A stretch of DNA of 61,729 nucleotides, filler included. It is 5 parts of 5 records of this genome, joined end to end, with 100 filler letters (N's around TTAATTAATTAA, not from the genome) between each part and the next. Parts side by side here need not be neighbours in the genome. Positions count along the whole stretch, not along the records: positions 56,347 to 61,729 come from DRR378314_1262; 4 more parts are not named here. The stretch is one strand, 5' to 3'. Both the position numbers and the translations under genes were made by a program. Shown in pieces: positions 61,484 to 61,729 of the stretch. Positions within the stretch are counted from its first letter, which is position 1, and every line of letters begins with the position of its first letter. The notes under the pieces are model-generated. The model did not search any database, was not told the origin of the DNA, and was given only the letters and a program-made list of their open reading frames with translations.

Positions 61484-61654
61484 GCTGTGCTTCTCTTTGT
61501 TAACGTCGCGAAAACACATGGGTATGGTGCGTTAACGCTTTATGTTTGGCTTAAATATCACATTTTAATTAGTGCGTGTCATTAGCGCCGGAGAGTAGCA
61601 ACCCATGCTTTTTCTGGGTTAATTAGAAGTTTTGCTAATCAGCTTTAAAAGAAC

Positions 61655-61683
61655 TTGCCAAGCGTAGGGGTGGTCTGTATTAT
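61655..61683 (+). promoter_or_regulatory. sigma70 promoter of the tRNA gene
   Basis: TTGCCA-17bp-TATTAT. Confidence 0.7.
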
Positions 61684-61699
61684 ATGCATCCGTTCGAGG

Positions 61700-61729
61700 G
61701 GGTCGTTAGCTCAGTTGGTAGAGCAGTTG
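61700..61729 (+). tRNA. tRNA-Lys, 5' part (anticodon lies beyond the window)
   Basis: GGGTCGTTAGCTCAGTTGGTAGAGCAGTTG matches the 5' end of gammaproteobacterial tRNA-Lys(UUU). Confidence 0.85.

Overview
This window is not one locus. Five contigs are joined by 100-nt N/TTAATTAATTAA linkers (18001-18100, 34216-34315, 48145-48244, 56247-56346), so adjacency across linkers means nothing. Contig A (1-18000) looks like Halomonas-type Gammaproteobacteria. It carries urtA under a sigma54/NtrC promoter, tctCBA with a CitA/CitB-type two-component pair, a DUF481 protein, two BCCT transporters, an orphan minimal flagellin, folK and a FolM-like reductase. It ends in a polymorphic toxin/immunity cassette array (RNase A-like/CdiI, Ntox50, and a ParB-like/BECR-like chimera) that shares a GAGGxAASLPRFVSKVL junction repeat and runs straight into a decayed Flp/Tad-type pilin gene. 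This is the best candidate for an undescribed system: Tad-pilus-linked polymorphic toxins. Contig B (18101-34215) looks like Rhodobacteraceae: a prophage lysis end (endolysin, Rz, Rz1), a K+ channel, a glycosyltransferase/amidoligase island, an IS3 remnant, a TPR-GT41 gene, then secE-nusG-[GT4 insertion]-rplK. Contigs C and D (34316-56246) come from an intron-rich eukaryote: WHEP-ProRS, NDUFA8, RPL11, a VanZ-like gene, a KICS2/C12orf66-like gene, Acinus, and a gene with a 16-nt microexon. Exons were reconstructed by hand, and most six-frame ORFs there are spurious. Contig E (56347-61729) again looks Halomonas-like: the C-terminus of a Bap-type adhesin, a ~1060-aa helical-domain/MurF-like fusion, and a partial tRNA-Lys. 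All family calls come from motif recognition, not from database searches.
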